NCBI RefSeq assembly: GCF_006345805.1
Contig: NC_042998.1
Coordinates: forward strand, 120,528,001-120,592,000
Reading direction: 5' to 3'
Source: Octopus sinensis
Taxonomy: Eukaryota
Length of the DNA stretch: 64,000 bases
Shown: piece by piece, positions 12,359-25,150 of the stretch
Layout of the letters: the number at the start of each line of letters is the position of its first letter
Position numbering within the stretch: the first letter of the stretch is position 1
Notes under the pieces: generated by a model
Told to the model about the DNA's origin: nothing
What the model saw: the letters and a program-made list of their open reading frames with translations, nothing else
The model's database searches: none
Made by a program: the position numbers and the translations under genes

Positions 12359-13699
12359 TAGTAATTTTTATTTCTAAACTAAGAGTTTTCTTCTATTTGT
12401 TTACAAATAAACATTAGTAGTTCAAACCCAAACTGTACATATCTTGGAAGAACACACACGGTGACTATCAAAAAATCAAGCAGATTGAAGCATGGAGAGG
12501 TTAAGAGTTCAGTAAATTATCATCTTAATACATTATTTACACTTTGACACGCACATATGTACATACTTCAGATGTCATCATAACCAATCATTACAATTTC
12601 ACTCATTGGTGATATAGTTATTTAAATATCTTTCTGTTACTAAATATGATATTGCTTAAGTACTTCCATATTTATCTAGCATTGTTGTGTTAAATACGTT
12701 TCATATTTCAGTATTCTCTCTTTCTTTATCTTTAACTTGTACAGATGATATTACCCCTACCATCTACTCTACTGAAGTTCTTCAATATTTATCTAACATT
12801 GATCTCATTAATTAAAATGTCTCATCTTTCAGGATTCCAACTTTCACTACTTGACATATTTGTAAATCAATAATCTAGTTTACTGTTTGTTTCAGTCACA
12901 GTTTATTTTATATTTTTGTTTTAGAGTGGATCGGCTACATATACACATAGTGTTGATACTCGCATAGCTGCAAAATGGTGCACCTGTATAATAGCCAGGT
13001 GACTGTACTCCTAGCTGTATAAGATGGTAAATTTGCAGAATTATTAGAGCATCAGACAGGATACCTCGTGGTATTTGTTCTGACTCCCTGTGCTCTGAGT
13101 TCAAATCCCACTGCAGTCTGCTTTGCTCTTGCCCTTTTGGGGTTGATAAAAAAAGAGTTCCAATCAAAGGCAATGGATTGGCAGGACTGTAAGAATATTA
13201 GATCAAATGTTTTGTGATATTTGTTCCGGCTCTTCATATTATGAGTTCAAATCTCACCACAGCCTACTTGGGTGGTACATTTAATCTTTACTCAGTCACC
13301 CAGTATCTAGCTATATAATAAACTTGTAAATGTACACCTAGCTGTATCAAAACAGGTGACTGTATAACTACATAACTTTTTGTGTGTGTGTTGGTGCATC
13401 TTTGAAAATTAGAATATGATGATTTTATTTTGTTTTGGTGTCAGAACATCAAAAATCTTATCATTTTAGGATCACTAGATCTAAATTTATTCATCTACAG
13501 TATCTTGTTGATATATATATATATTAACATTTAAAATTTACGCTCAGTGATCATTAAAAATCCAATATTTCACATTATTAGAATGTAATATATCAGTATC
13601 CTAAATATATCATTACAATAGAGCAAGTTAGTCAAAGACTTAAAGATGGTTACAAAATGTCACTTAGTACTTTGTCAAGAGGTTTGGTAACAACTTGAC

Positions 13700-14450
13700 T
13701 ACCACTTGTGACACTGCTCAGGTACAAAGGAAATCCTAGTTGTCTTGATAGCAGCATTCTGTTCTGCATAATTGCTAGGATACAAACTGGGATGCAGGTC
13801 AGGCGGGTTACCTTGTCAAGTAAGCATGTTGGTTATCAGCAAATGAGCTAGTGGTTGTTTTAGCTCTTTTGCAGGTGTCAAATTGTGCTGAAACAAAAAT
13901 TTTGCACTGCCAAATAGCTTGTCAGATAAAGTGATCCAAAATCTCCTGGTAGACCATTCTATTCACAGTGAACTTGAACTACTGCTCCACATGCCACTCC
14001 TGCTTCCCTGATTCAAATGAATCATTTACAATTTTACCCATCATTGAGAAGAGGCTTGGTGCTGGGCACTTCACTGCTGTATTCCATCTCTTGAAGCTGT
14101 TTGTGCATGGGGTGTTTAGACAAACTAACTTTGCCTCTATCCACTTTTTGCGGATCTTTTCCATGTGTGAAACAAGCATTTTTTTTACTACTCTTTTGGG
14201 ACTGTAGCCATCCTTCTTGGTGGTATTGCACCTCTTTCTTTCACACCTTATTCATCCGAATTATATTCCTGAGAGAGAGAGAGTTCCATATCAAATTTCG
14301 GGAACATTCAGTATTTTCAGTGAAAACTTTGTTTTCCTTTCTTTTGGACAACTGTTAGATCAGAATTTTTGCCTGTGATTGCAGCACAGGTATCCTTATA
14401 ATCTACAGTAAACATTGCTAGCCTGCAGTAATCATTTTAGAAATTACTGA
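13700..14450 (-). mobile_element. Very decayed LINE reverse-transcriptase remnant
   Basis: Minus-strand fragments ACFTHGKDPQKVDRGK (like xxFVDLEKAFDRV) and SSFADN (like LLFADD) in the expected order. Confidence 0.5.
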
Positions 14451-15559
14451 CAATGTTTACAGACTGAAAGGAAGAATAACTGCAACATAATTTAATCACT
14501 TTTTTGAATTTGCATTTTTCGTTAATATTCATATTTTCTTAGATGCACTTGTGTGAGGGTGGGTGTGTGTGTGTTAATTCCTCTGTCACCCTTTAACAAG
14601 AGAATTGGCCTCAAATAAGTCATGTTGGTTCTCAATTTCATGTTCACGGTCATTGTAACACTTAAAAGTACACAATTTTATTCAGTTTTAGTTTGATATC
14701 TTTTAATATCGTAATAATGATATATATTAGTAGTGTGATCTGGTTGCTGATACTAAACTTCAGAGAGATTAAGTGTCAGTAGTCATTGATACAAATAATA
14801 TGTATATCATTGTTAGAAAATGAAGAAGTAGTATTGTATATTTTACTAGTTTCTAAAACCACATGATTGGACAACATACTTCTTAACCACAAGACCATAC
14901 TTGCACTTATATATGTGTGTATTCTTATATGTATAAATGTGTGTGCGTGCATGTGAGTTTCTACTTGGGGTTTCTTTCAACAGCAGTGTAACACTGTTGT
15001 CCATTCTAGATGCACATTATCTGTTCTGAAGCAGAGAAATCTTTGAAGTCAAACAGAGGCCAGGATGCATTCATAGCTATGATTTGTTCTCTCAGTCAAA
15101 TTGTCTTGACTGGGGAGAAATAGCATAGAATAATGAGATCCTTTTTTTCTTCATCGTACCAATTCAACTGTGAAATTAAAAATATTTTGAATTATCTCCC
15201 CTCATTTAAGGATGCTGATAAATATTGTTAGGGTTTTGTTTTTGTCTGTTTGTGAGGAAAATTGTAATGAGTTTAGAACGTATCTATTTTTGTATCTGTA
15301 TGTGTGTGTGTGTGTGTGCATAGTCAAGGCTATCTTGTATGGTTAAGAAGTTTTAGACACAAACTTAGTTTTGTGATTAAGAAGTTTGTTTCAGGACCAC
15401 ATGATCTTAGGTTCATGCCCACTGTGCAACATCTTAGTAGTGTTCCATTGTATCACTATAAGAATGAATTTGGAAGATGGCTCCTATATTAAGCTCAACT
15501 CATAAAGAAAGAAAGAAAGATAGATAGAAATAAATAAATATGTTTGTGTTTGTATGTAT

Positions 15560-16400
15560 GTTATGTTAGGGGTAAATGATTGTCTTGGACAGAAGTGAAC
15601 CAGCAAAGTTGAGAGTTGACAGTGAGTTTGGTGAAGAAGGAATTTAGCATGCTGGTTGAAGGGGCCACAGGGCTCAGTTTTCAGTCTTCTGTTTATTGTA
15701 GTCCTCCAGATCATAACTGAGGACCAATTAACTGTAGGAATTCTTGTGTGCTAATTATCTACTTTTAAACTGATGCAGTTGAAGATTTAGAGAAGAGATT
15801 TCAGATATTGAATGAAAACGTAGAATCAAAAGGTCTCAAAGTAAACTTTGTAAATACTAAAGATATAGTAAGAAAGAAAGAAGACAAGACCTTACTAATG
15901 GTTATATTTAATGGACAGGAAATGAACAAGTACGATTTCCATATGATATACTCAGCATAAATTATAGATGCATAGATGATGTAATGATCTACTGGAATGA
16001 CAAAACATTTAGGTTTCATATGTGGTAGATATGCAGGAGCAGACAACAGGAGTACACATGAAATAGATGCTCCCTAAAATAAATTGTTACTTAGATGACC
16101 TAATTAGCAGTGGACTAGATGCTAGTCTAAGTAATAAGTGGGAAAAGTTTCAGGGTGTTATTGGTGATCAATGATTTCTCTCTTAGAGTGAAGGGCAGAT
16201 TGTGTAACCTTGATCTTCACTGCAGAGATTTATAGAAACTAGAAAGAAATAAAGCCTGCATACCCTGGTGAGTGTGAAATGTAATGTACATGATATTTGT
16301 CTCACAAATGAGCTGGATATGAGATGAATCATAAGCAGTGTAAAAAAAAAATGAAGACTGCATTTGAATGGGCATTGATGCTTGTGGAGGATGTGTGCTG
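15560..16400 (+). mobile_element. Decayed RTE-clade LINE RT remnant
   Basis: Frameshifted matches to HQGSVLSPLLFI, LESKGLKVN..TK and the Cys-rich insert. Confidence 0.7.
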
Positions 16401-16827
16401 TTTCTTTTCAATCCCCTTAGCAGCAGCTAACATGTAGCTGCCATCATTGTGTCTCTTCCATTACTCCTTCCTCTACCATGTTCCTGGTTCTTCTGTCATC
16501 ATTCTCTCATGTTTGACTTCTCAGTCACATTGTTTTGAATGTATGATGACAGTATATGAGAACACTTGAGTCTTATAGGAGACAAGGCAACAATACTGGC
16601 ACTGATACTACAATAAAATGCACATGGTATCCTTTGTAAAATGGTTAGCATTGGGAAAGGTACCCAGCTGTTTGAAACCATGACAAAGAATGGAGCCTAC
16701 AAGCTCAATATGGTCCATGTGTAGGAGGACTGTAACTTCAAATAAAATAAACTTGAATCTTGATAAACTGTCCAACCCATCATCTTGGAAAGTGAATGTA
16801 AAATGATCATCATCATCATCATCATGT

Positions 16828-16866
<39 letters not shown>

Positions 16867-17272
16867 GAAACAGCTACACCTCTTATCAATTTTATTGCAG
16901 GATTTCCAACTAAATATATCATGTTTATCTTGAGATAACGTGCTTGAAATATTTAGCCAAACAATTTAGATGTGCCTGAAACCAGTTGACTGCTGCATTC
17001 TAACAACTGTCATCTTAGATAGTCTCACAAGGTGTCTCTACTGTATATATATCTCATACACACACACACACATATTGAGAATCAGGAGCAGTCTGAATTT
17101 TGGATAATCCTTTATTCGGGCTTTCGTTCATTTTTCAAACTCAAGACAAAATCAAAATTTTGTCTTAAGTTCAAAAAACGAACAAAAACACTAACAAAAA
17201 ATTATCCAAAATTCTGACTGCCTCCTTTTTCTCAATATACAATATCTGTACACCACTTCAAACATTGTATAC

Positions 17273-17369
<97 letters not shown>

Positions 17370-17371
17370 AC

Positions 17372-17736
17372 TGCATAGATAATGAGTTCACTTTGTTATC
17401 ACATGATCTTGAGTTCTGACTACTTCTTGGCATCTTAAGCAAATATCTTCTGCTGTAGCCCCAGGCTGACCAATGCTTTGGTGTGAGTGGATTTGGTAGA
17501 CAGAGACTGAAAAAACCCTGCCACATACATATGTATATATCTATGTGTGTTTATGCTTGTCACCACCACCACTGGTTCTGGTTTGTTGATGTCCCCATAA
17601 CACAGTGCTTCTGTAAAAGAAGTCAATAGAATAAGTACCAGGGTTAATAAATAAGTACTGAGATTAATTTGTTGGACTAAACCATTCAAGGCAGTGCCCC
17701 AGCATGGCCACAGTCCAATGACTAAAACAAATAAAA
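17372..17736 (+). mobile_element. SINE family B, older copy
   Basis: Same modules in the same order as 7707-8093. Confidence 0.75.
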
Positions 17737-18402
17737 TATACACACACAATGGCAAGAATCAAACTACAAATAGTGATGTTTGTTGATATTCCCTGCCAGC
17801 AAATCACCTGCTACCTCAGCCCTTTTGAAGATAAATGATATAAAATATCTCTTACATGAAAATAGTGAAGAGTTAAATCATCCAGCAGTAAAACATTACC
17901 TCGGTAATAGTTATCTATCCAACTCATACTAGCATGGTGGAATGTGCACAAAATAAACAAAGGAACAAGTGAATATATACATGTACATTTCACTTTAGAA
18001 ATTAGGAGAAAATACTTAAATCAGAAATAGTGTATAATTCTGCTACTGAAATAACACTCTTAATAGTCACATCACAAAGAGTAATCTGAACACAACAATA
18101 TATATATATATATTATATATATATATATATATATAATATTTGTGTTTAGTATTGGTTTAGTATCTGCTTGTTCATGCTAGCATGGGTTGGTTAAGGAATT
18201 ATTTGAGGCAGGAATTTACAACCAGATACTCTTCCTGTTACCTACCCATTCCTCTTTTGTCCAGGTATGAGATGTGTTTTTATTTCAGGCATTTTCAAAA
18301 GTGTGGAATTACTGGTCATAATGTCAACATCATCACCATTTTACTCAAGCAATGACATGCATAAGATTTATGCAGATGCATGCATGCATACATACACACA
18401 CA

Positions 18403-18780
18403 CAGGCTTCCTACAGATTCTATCGGCCAAATTCACAAGGCGCTGGTCTACCTGGTGCTATAGTAAAAGTTACTTAACCCTTTAGCATTCAGATTATTTT
18501 GTCAAATGTAATGGTTATTTATTCTCATTGTTCTGAATAATCATGTATTATCTTGTAGCTTCAAGATTTTGATGACATGGTTGTATATTTTAAGAATTAA
18601 ATTTTCGGTCAGGTGTGATAGATGGGATCTGGCTGATTTGAGTGTAAAACAGGTAGAATATTTGGGCCAGATATGGCCAGTTTAAATGCTAAAGGGTTAA
18701 CTCAAGGTGCTACACAGTGGGACCAAACCTGAAACCATGTGGTTTTGAAATGAACTTCTTCAACTTACATCTATGCCTTC
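18403..18780 (-). mobile_element. SINE family B (5' part), split by a piggyBac MITE
   Basis: Flanks rejoin as ...tatagtaaaagttacTTAActcaaggtgctacacagtgggacc, the reverse complement of the family B head. Confidence 0.75.
18478..18696. mobile_element. piggyBac-type MITE, family 2, nested in a SINE
   Basis: TTAA|CCCTTTAGCATT ... AATGCTAAAGGG|TTAA, 219 bp; interrupts the minus-strand SINE at 18403-18780. Confidence 0.92.
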
Positions 18781-19619
18781 TTATTTCTGAGTTGTACATA
18801 TTTAGCAAGTGACATTCTGAAACTATGTGTTGAAACTGAAGCTATTGCATTGTGGAAGACTTATCTTAGCCATTTAGGAACATACAAATTCTGTTGTATT
18901 CACTTAACATTTATTTCTTGTGGTTTCAAAATTTTGTCCCATTTCCATGACTGTTCATTGACACAATTCCATTGCAACTCAGTGGAATTGTGGCAGTGAG
19001 AATGTCTCAGAAGTATAATTTTATCATCTCTGGAGATAAATATAAAATGAATATCACAAATTTGCATGTATTTTTAGTGGTTCCTCTACTATGTGTGTGT
19101 GTGTGTGCATAAGAAGCAGAGAAAGAGAAAGCCTTCATATCTGCTTTAGCAGTTGTGTATTCACTGCTTATCTCTGTCCTTGTGTCTGTGTGTGTTCTAT
19201 TTTTAAACAGGTCTTCAAACTAAATACCAATACCAGTCTTTCATAAAATCTAATCTTTCATTCAATAGAAACTGAAATTATTCCCTTGGCTCTGTTGTGC
19301 CAGTGTCAGCTTAGCCGAGAGCCAATGTATATATAAACTGAGTTTTTGTACCCACCCATTTAACAGATAGTCTCTTTTGCTTATCAATCAGAACCAGTAC
19401 TAATAATGTACTACTTACTGAGCCATTGTTGGTATTTATGGCACTGTTTGGAGAGAATCTTTTTGTTTCAGTGCAGTGAGAATATGCCACACACTCAGGC
19501 ACCATTTCCTTTTTTTCCCCACCTATCTATTTGGGATTAAATCAAATGTTGACCATTTAGTTAACCATTTAATGGTAACTTGTGTGATTCAAGGAATAAA
19601 GATTATCATTACTACTACT

Positions 19620-19850
19620 GTGGGAAGCTGGCAGAATCATTATTGGGCCACACAAAATGCTTAGTAGCAGTTCTTCCAGTTCTTTAGGTACTAAGCTCAA
19701 ATCCCACCAACATCAACTTTGCCTTTCATCCATTTTGGGGTTGATAAAATAAAGTGACTAGTCAAGTACAAGGAGTTGATGTAATTGACTTGTCCCCCTC
19801 CCCTCAAAATTGCTGGCCTTGTGTCAAAATTAGAAATAATAATAATAATA
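19620..19850 (+). mobile_element. tRNA-derived SINE, family A
   Basis: gagctggcagaatc-like head, ctttgcctttcatcc core, ggccttgtg tail; homologous to 24933, 29304, 44212 and the 54255-55230 cluster. Confidence 0.8.
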
Positions 19851-19863
19851 GCTCGTATTATAT

Positions 19864-19991
19864 GCACAAGGCCAGCAATTTGGGGAGAAGTGGGCTAGTC
19901 GATTACATCAGCCCCAATGTTCAAGTAGTACTTATTTTATAAACCTCAAAAGGATGGAAGACAGTCAATTTCGGCAAAATTTGAACTCAGA
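19864..19991 (-). mobile_element. SINE family A, 3' half, inverted relative to the adjacent copy
   Basis: Reverse complement of the family A core and tail (cacaaggccagcaattt...ttgaactcagaa). Confidence 0.75.
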
Positions 19992-22227
19992 AATAAGTTA
20001 TTGATCCATGGAAGCCATTCATTATTGTCAAATAGCCACAGCAATGTGTCGCTGGTCGAGTGACTGAGACCCTCTATTTAATAACTATTTAATAATCTGC
20101 TAGAAATAGCTGCAAAACCTCCCTCATATCACTACGTGTCGTCTTATCCCAGAACAAAGATGTGATGCTCATGGCTGGAACATCTTTGATTGTAGAATTG
20201 CTCTATCAGGGTTAAATTGTAGCTGAACAACAGTAGCATACCTTGCTAGTACTATATCATTTTACCAGTTTTTTGGGGGTTTTTTTGTTTTTTTGCAGGG
20301 GGTGGGGTTACAGGATCTTAATATCCTTTCCCTACCTTTCCATTTTTTCTCTTCTGAAAGTACTGGAACATTATCGACTTCTGTTATTACTGGTTACTTG
20401 CTTCACCAACGTTGATGTGGTAATGAACACTGGAAATGTCAACAACAACACGTAATATATAAAATCAATAAAGTATTGAAGTGTTTTTAGAAAAGCAATT
20501 TGATGATTTAGTAATCCACATTAATAAAACAGTTCAACCCTGTAATCACTGTCTATCTCTATAATGAACTATTTGGAATTATGCAAATTACCTGGGAGAT
20601 TTTCCTGTTCTATTTGTCTCCACCTCATGAGCAAGCTCCACTCGCTCAACCTGATGGAAACAGCAGCTAAAACTCTCACAAATCACTCTACCATCTTAAG
20701 AAAACAAGGAGCAGGGAAGGATATGTTGGAAAATGTAATCATAGATATGTAAGTTGGGATGGTTGTCACTCTGCTGAATTAGTTAAACAACAACAAGCCT
20801 ATGCAATAACAACAGTTGTCATGCTAATAACAACTCTGACACTTGATAAAACCATTGCACTTTTGATTTGTTTTGTATTTTATTGTAGCATTTATTTTCT
20901 CTCTATAAATAATTTTATCTTTCATAACTGATGTTGTTCCATTTCATTTCAGAGATGAAAGCTTTTTTGAAAATTTTTTAGAATTATCTCTGTAATCCCT
21001 TTAATTCCTCAAGGTTGTTATCAATGATCTTACTATGCTGTATATAACCTATCACTTCTTTGTTTGATATACTTTTTTAGTTCTCTCTGTGTAGGTGTGT
21101 CTGTATGACAGACAGACAGACAGAGACAGAGAGAAGCTTGACTTACTTCTGCAGCAGTCTTCCTCAACTCCCCTGCTGTCACTAAGTTATCTAAATATTT
21201 GTAGTGTTTATATATAGTGCCGATACACATTCTCATCTAACTTCTTCAAACTATTGCACCAACATAAGCTTCTTGTATTCTGAACAATTCCACAATGTGT
21301 CTATAAAGTCTGCAACATATTTCTTCCAAGGACACCACTGCTTAGAATTGTCATTAACTTTCACATCTCTAAATCCAATATTCTATGAATAGATACTCCG
21401 TTCTCTTAATCTCTCTCTCTTTCTCTCCCCCACCCCACCTCTGCTTTAAAGCCAGCTGCCAAGAAAATTATCACAGGAAAACTGTGAAACTTTCTTCAAC
21501 TAAAATCTCATGAAATATTTACAAAGTTTTATATTCTTTCATAGTTTTGCTACTTGTCAGTTTATTGTTATTACTTGAATTTTTACACTTTTATATTTAT
21601 AAATATATATATATATACACAAACATGTGCCTATATACACCTAGATTAACATGCATGTATGTGTGTATATATATATACATGCATACATACATACATACAT
21701 ATATACATACATATTATTTCATAAGTGAGAATATTCCTCCATACAAAATATAGCAAATGACTCAGTGAATTAAAATAATTCACTTTAATAGCAATAATGT
21801 AATATATGAAAAGGCAAGTGAAAAATGAAGCGAGTTTTGTGTGTGTGTGTTGTTTACACACACACACATATTACACACATGTTTATGTATTTGTTTTGCA
21901 AGATTCATGATGTGAAATCATGTGTTGAAATAGATATTGCTATATTTGGGGATGGTCCTTTTCCTTTTGAGTTTTTTGTTAGTTTTTGGTTTGTTTGAAT
22001 TTTTTTTTTTGCCAATAAAGGCACACACAAGGTTACTGAAGAGATAAAGCTAAAGTGAAGATCAAATAGTGTGTGTGTTTATTGGAAGAAAAAAAATAAA
22101 TAAATGACCGTCCCCCCCCCCCAGTATAACAGTGTGTGTGTGTTTGGTTTTACATTGAGTTATAATAAAACCAATTTAGCATTGAACTGAAGAATTACTC
22201 ACTACTTTGTATCAGGTACATATTTAC

Positions 22228-22356
22228 TATTCTTTAAGAATAGTGTTGACAGTGACTGTGAAGTTTAAGCTTGCTTAGCCTTCATCTGACTGTCTGATGA
22301 AGGCTAAGTAAGCTGACACTTCAAAGTCACTGTTAACACTTTCTTGTTAAAGAATA
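22228..22356. ncRNA. Palindrome of two head-to-head degenerate minimal type-I hammerhead ribozyme motifs (probably inactive)
   Basis: Arms 45/51 identical around the centre at 22291. Plus strand reads GACTGT CTGATGA A GGCT aagta AGCT GACAC TTCAAA GTC ACTGTT; minus strand reads GACAGT CAGATGA A GGCT aagca AGCT TAAAC TTCACA GTC ACTGTC. Confidence 0.6.
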
Positions 22357-24328
22357 ATTTATATATACACATACACGTAATATTATAGTATGTATTTATG
22401 TATATTTAAATTAAATTTGTTACTGTGCGTAGGAAAATGGATACAAAATTGATGTTTCATATTTATATTCACATACACAGCGAGTGTGTGTATGTATAAT
22501 CATTGTTCAACCAACCCATACCAACATGGAGAAGAGTATATGAAATGATGATATACACACGCATGCACACATAATGTATAGATATAAAGTAATATAAATA
22601 AATACTTTGCAAGTAAGTCTTTTCTAAAGCTACTGAAGTGCAAATAAAGCTATGAATAATATGTAATGATATATGAGGTAAAAATACCCTTAAGACAGGA
22701 AAGAGTGGACAAGCACCCATGGAAATTAAACCACGTGTTTGCTTTACGCTGCTCAAATGTGATGTCACTTCAACAAGTGTCTGTTGTTTGGTAGATGGCA
22801 GACAGATAGTTAAATTTTTTCTAAGACATATTTTTACTTGATATATTATGTGCTATCATTTATAGCCTCATGAGTTTGAATTTTGCCAGGGTCAACTTTG
22901 CCTTTTATCTTTCCAGAGTCAATTAAAATGAGAATAGGTGGGGTCAGTGTGATGAACAAATGCCCTCCCCCAAAATTTCAGGCCTTAGTAAAAAAGGATT
23001 ATTTATAGCTTCATTTGCTTTTTGACTCACTTAAAAAAAGACATATTTTCAAATTTGTCACTGCTTCTAACAAACCAGAACAAATACTTTGCAAATATAA
23101 TGAAAATATTTCATGCATGCAAAGAAATTGGTAGACAGCTCCATTAAAAGTAAAATGAAAATGGATAGTATTTGGAGAGCAATAATATCATGAGATAAAA
23201 GTACAACTAAGATGATATGACATTTGAAAATAAAATCAAGCTGTATATTCAAATATATACACGAAAACATCCTGTGTTTTTCCGGAAACAATCAGGTTTA
23301 CATTTAGATGTTTGTAAAAATATGTGTAATTCTGCTGATGAAGGCATCCTGTGCCCTTATATTTCTATAAACATATGACTGATAGAAACATGATCATACC
23401 TACTGAAGAAATAGATGATGTATTTAAATATGAAGTTTAGCATTATTGTGAAGTGTCTTTTCATTTTAACTGTATTTATGTATATGCATACACAGACACA
23501 CTCACACAAGTGCCTCAAATATATATATATACATCTCATATTTGGTTTTAGAGTTTTATTTCTGAAAAAAATACTGGTAGTTTATATCAGTTGATCTCAC
23601 AAGGAAGTTGTTCAGCTGTATGTGTGTGTGTGTGTGTCACGTGTATGCATACATGTGTGTGTGTGTGTGTGTGTATGTAAGATTTCTAAATATCTGAGAT
23701 TCAGGTATTCTCAGTTACAAATTATTCTTAATTAAATCAGGATTTAGTACATCCTTTATTGGTTCGGTGCAAAGTTCCTATTTATCTATTTATATTCTTA
23801 ATGAATGGTACTGCCTCATTCAGCTCTGTGTCTCAGCTAGTCAACTTTCTGCCTCACTACTGTAAAAAAGCTAATTGAAATCTTTTATTTTGCTACACTA
23901 GTTACACTTCACTGTATTCTCATTACCACAGATTTTAAATATAGATCTTGAGTCAAAACTGGGATACTTTCTTTCCCAGTAAGTTCATCACCGTTACCAG
24001 TATATATGATCCACAAGGAAGGAATTTTTTTAACATCAGCTTCCTCACTTATTGAATCTAAACCCATGTGTTCCTGTTGATCTTCTGCTGCTGCTGCATA
24101 CTTTTAGGATATAACTTTATCCTTAATTAACTACTGCTGCTGCTGCCGCCACGATTGGTCTGTTTCTTGTAGGTTCATCCTCCTCCTCTTATTTTAGAAC
24201 ACACATTGCAATGCTGCTGGCCTATTTAGTTTCACTGCCAGAGCCTCTTATTATCATCTAACTTGTCTATATATCTACATCAAGCAGCTTATACTAACAG
24301 CATTGTGAATAATCTCCTCCTCTTGTAG

Positions 24329-24430
24329 GCCTCAACACTTTCTCTGAAGGCACAAACAGATGCTGCAACAGCAGCAGCTAGTGCTGTAGACTTGGCTACA
24401 GCACTAGAAAACATTGTCAAACAGAAGATG
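24329..24430 (+). CDS. TRIO: Trio exon B: linker helix
   Basis: tcttgtag|GCC...ATG|gtaagt, 102 nt, phase 0-0. ASTLSLKAQTDAATAAASAVDLATALENIVKQKM resembles the recalled Trio segment SAAELVSAIEELVKSKM. Confidence 0.88.
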
Positions 24431-24932
24431 GTAAGTATCACACCAGCTCCTCACTGCTGTTGTCTTGCTGCTGTGGAATACAACAAACTTTGGCTTCCCC
24501 TTCAGATGGCATGTGTCTTATGTTCTTCTGTGTGTGTGTATGATTGTCATATATATATATATATATATATTTATATATTTATATATGATTGCAGCACTGC
24601 ACATTTTCATCTTATCTGTTTATTTATTTAGTATGTGTGTGTTTTATTTTTTGTTTTGTTTTTCAGCATAGTTTTACTACTTTTATTTTCATAATTGCTG
24701 TCGCTTCTATTAAAAGATGTTTTTTGTTTATTTTCATTTTGTGTGTAAATATTTTATTTGTTAATGACAGTGATGATTATGTTGTTATCTTTGTTGTATG
24801 CATGCAACTTTTCACTCTCTTTGTGGTTTTTCATACAACTCGTACTTATGCATATCCTATTATTATTATTATTATTATTATTTTTATTATCATCATCATC
24901 ATCATTTTGTTATTGATATTATTACTGCTATG

Positions 24933-25150
24933 AAGGTGGTGAGCTGATAGAATCATTACCACAGCAGGCAAAATGCTTAGTGACATTTCAACCGTCTTTA
25001 TGTTCTGAGTTCAAATTCCACTGAGGTCAACTTTGCCTTTCATTTTTTCGGGGTCGATAAAATAAGTATCAGTTGAACACTGGGGTTGATGTAATTGACT
25101 TACCTGCTACCCAGAAATTGCTGGCTTTGTGCCAAAATTTGAAACTATTA
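24933..25150 (+). mobile_element. tRNA-derived SINE, family A
   Basis: aaggtggtgagctgatagaatc...ttctgagttcaaattcc...ggggtcgataaaataagta...gtgccaaaatttgaaac. Confidence 0.85.

Noticed and set aside
20564-20760. 62-aa ORF ending at a gtaagt motif as an alternative first exon
   Set aside because: Lies within a family E repeat, and the donor phase does not fit exon B.
23255-23360. Second hammerhead-like remnant (CTGATGA AGGC atcctgt GCC, plus an upstream atcctgt hairpin followed by GGAAAC)
   Set aside because: Core elements are split between two partial copies and no stem I can be formed. Worth rechecking only if a family consensus emerges.
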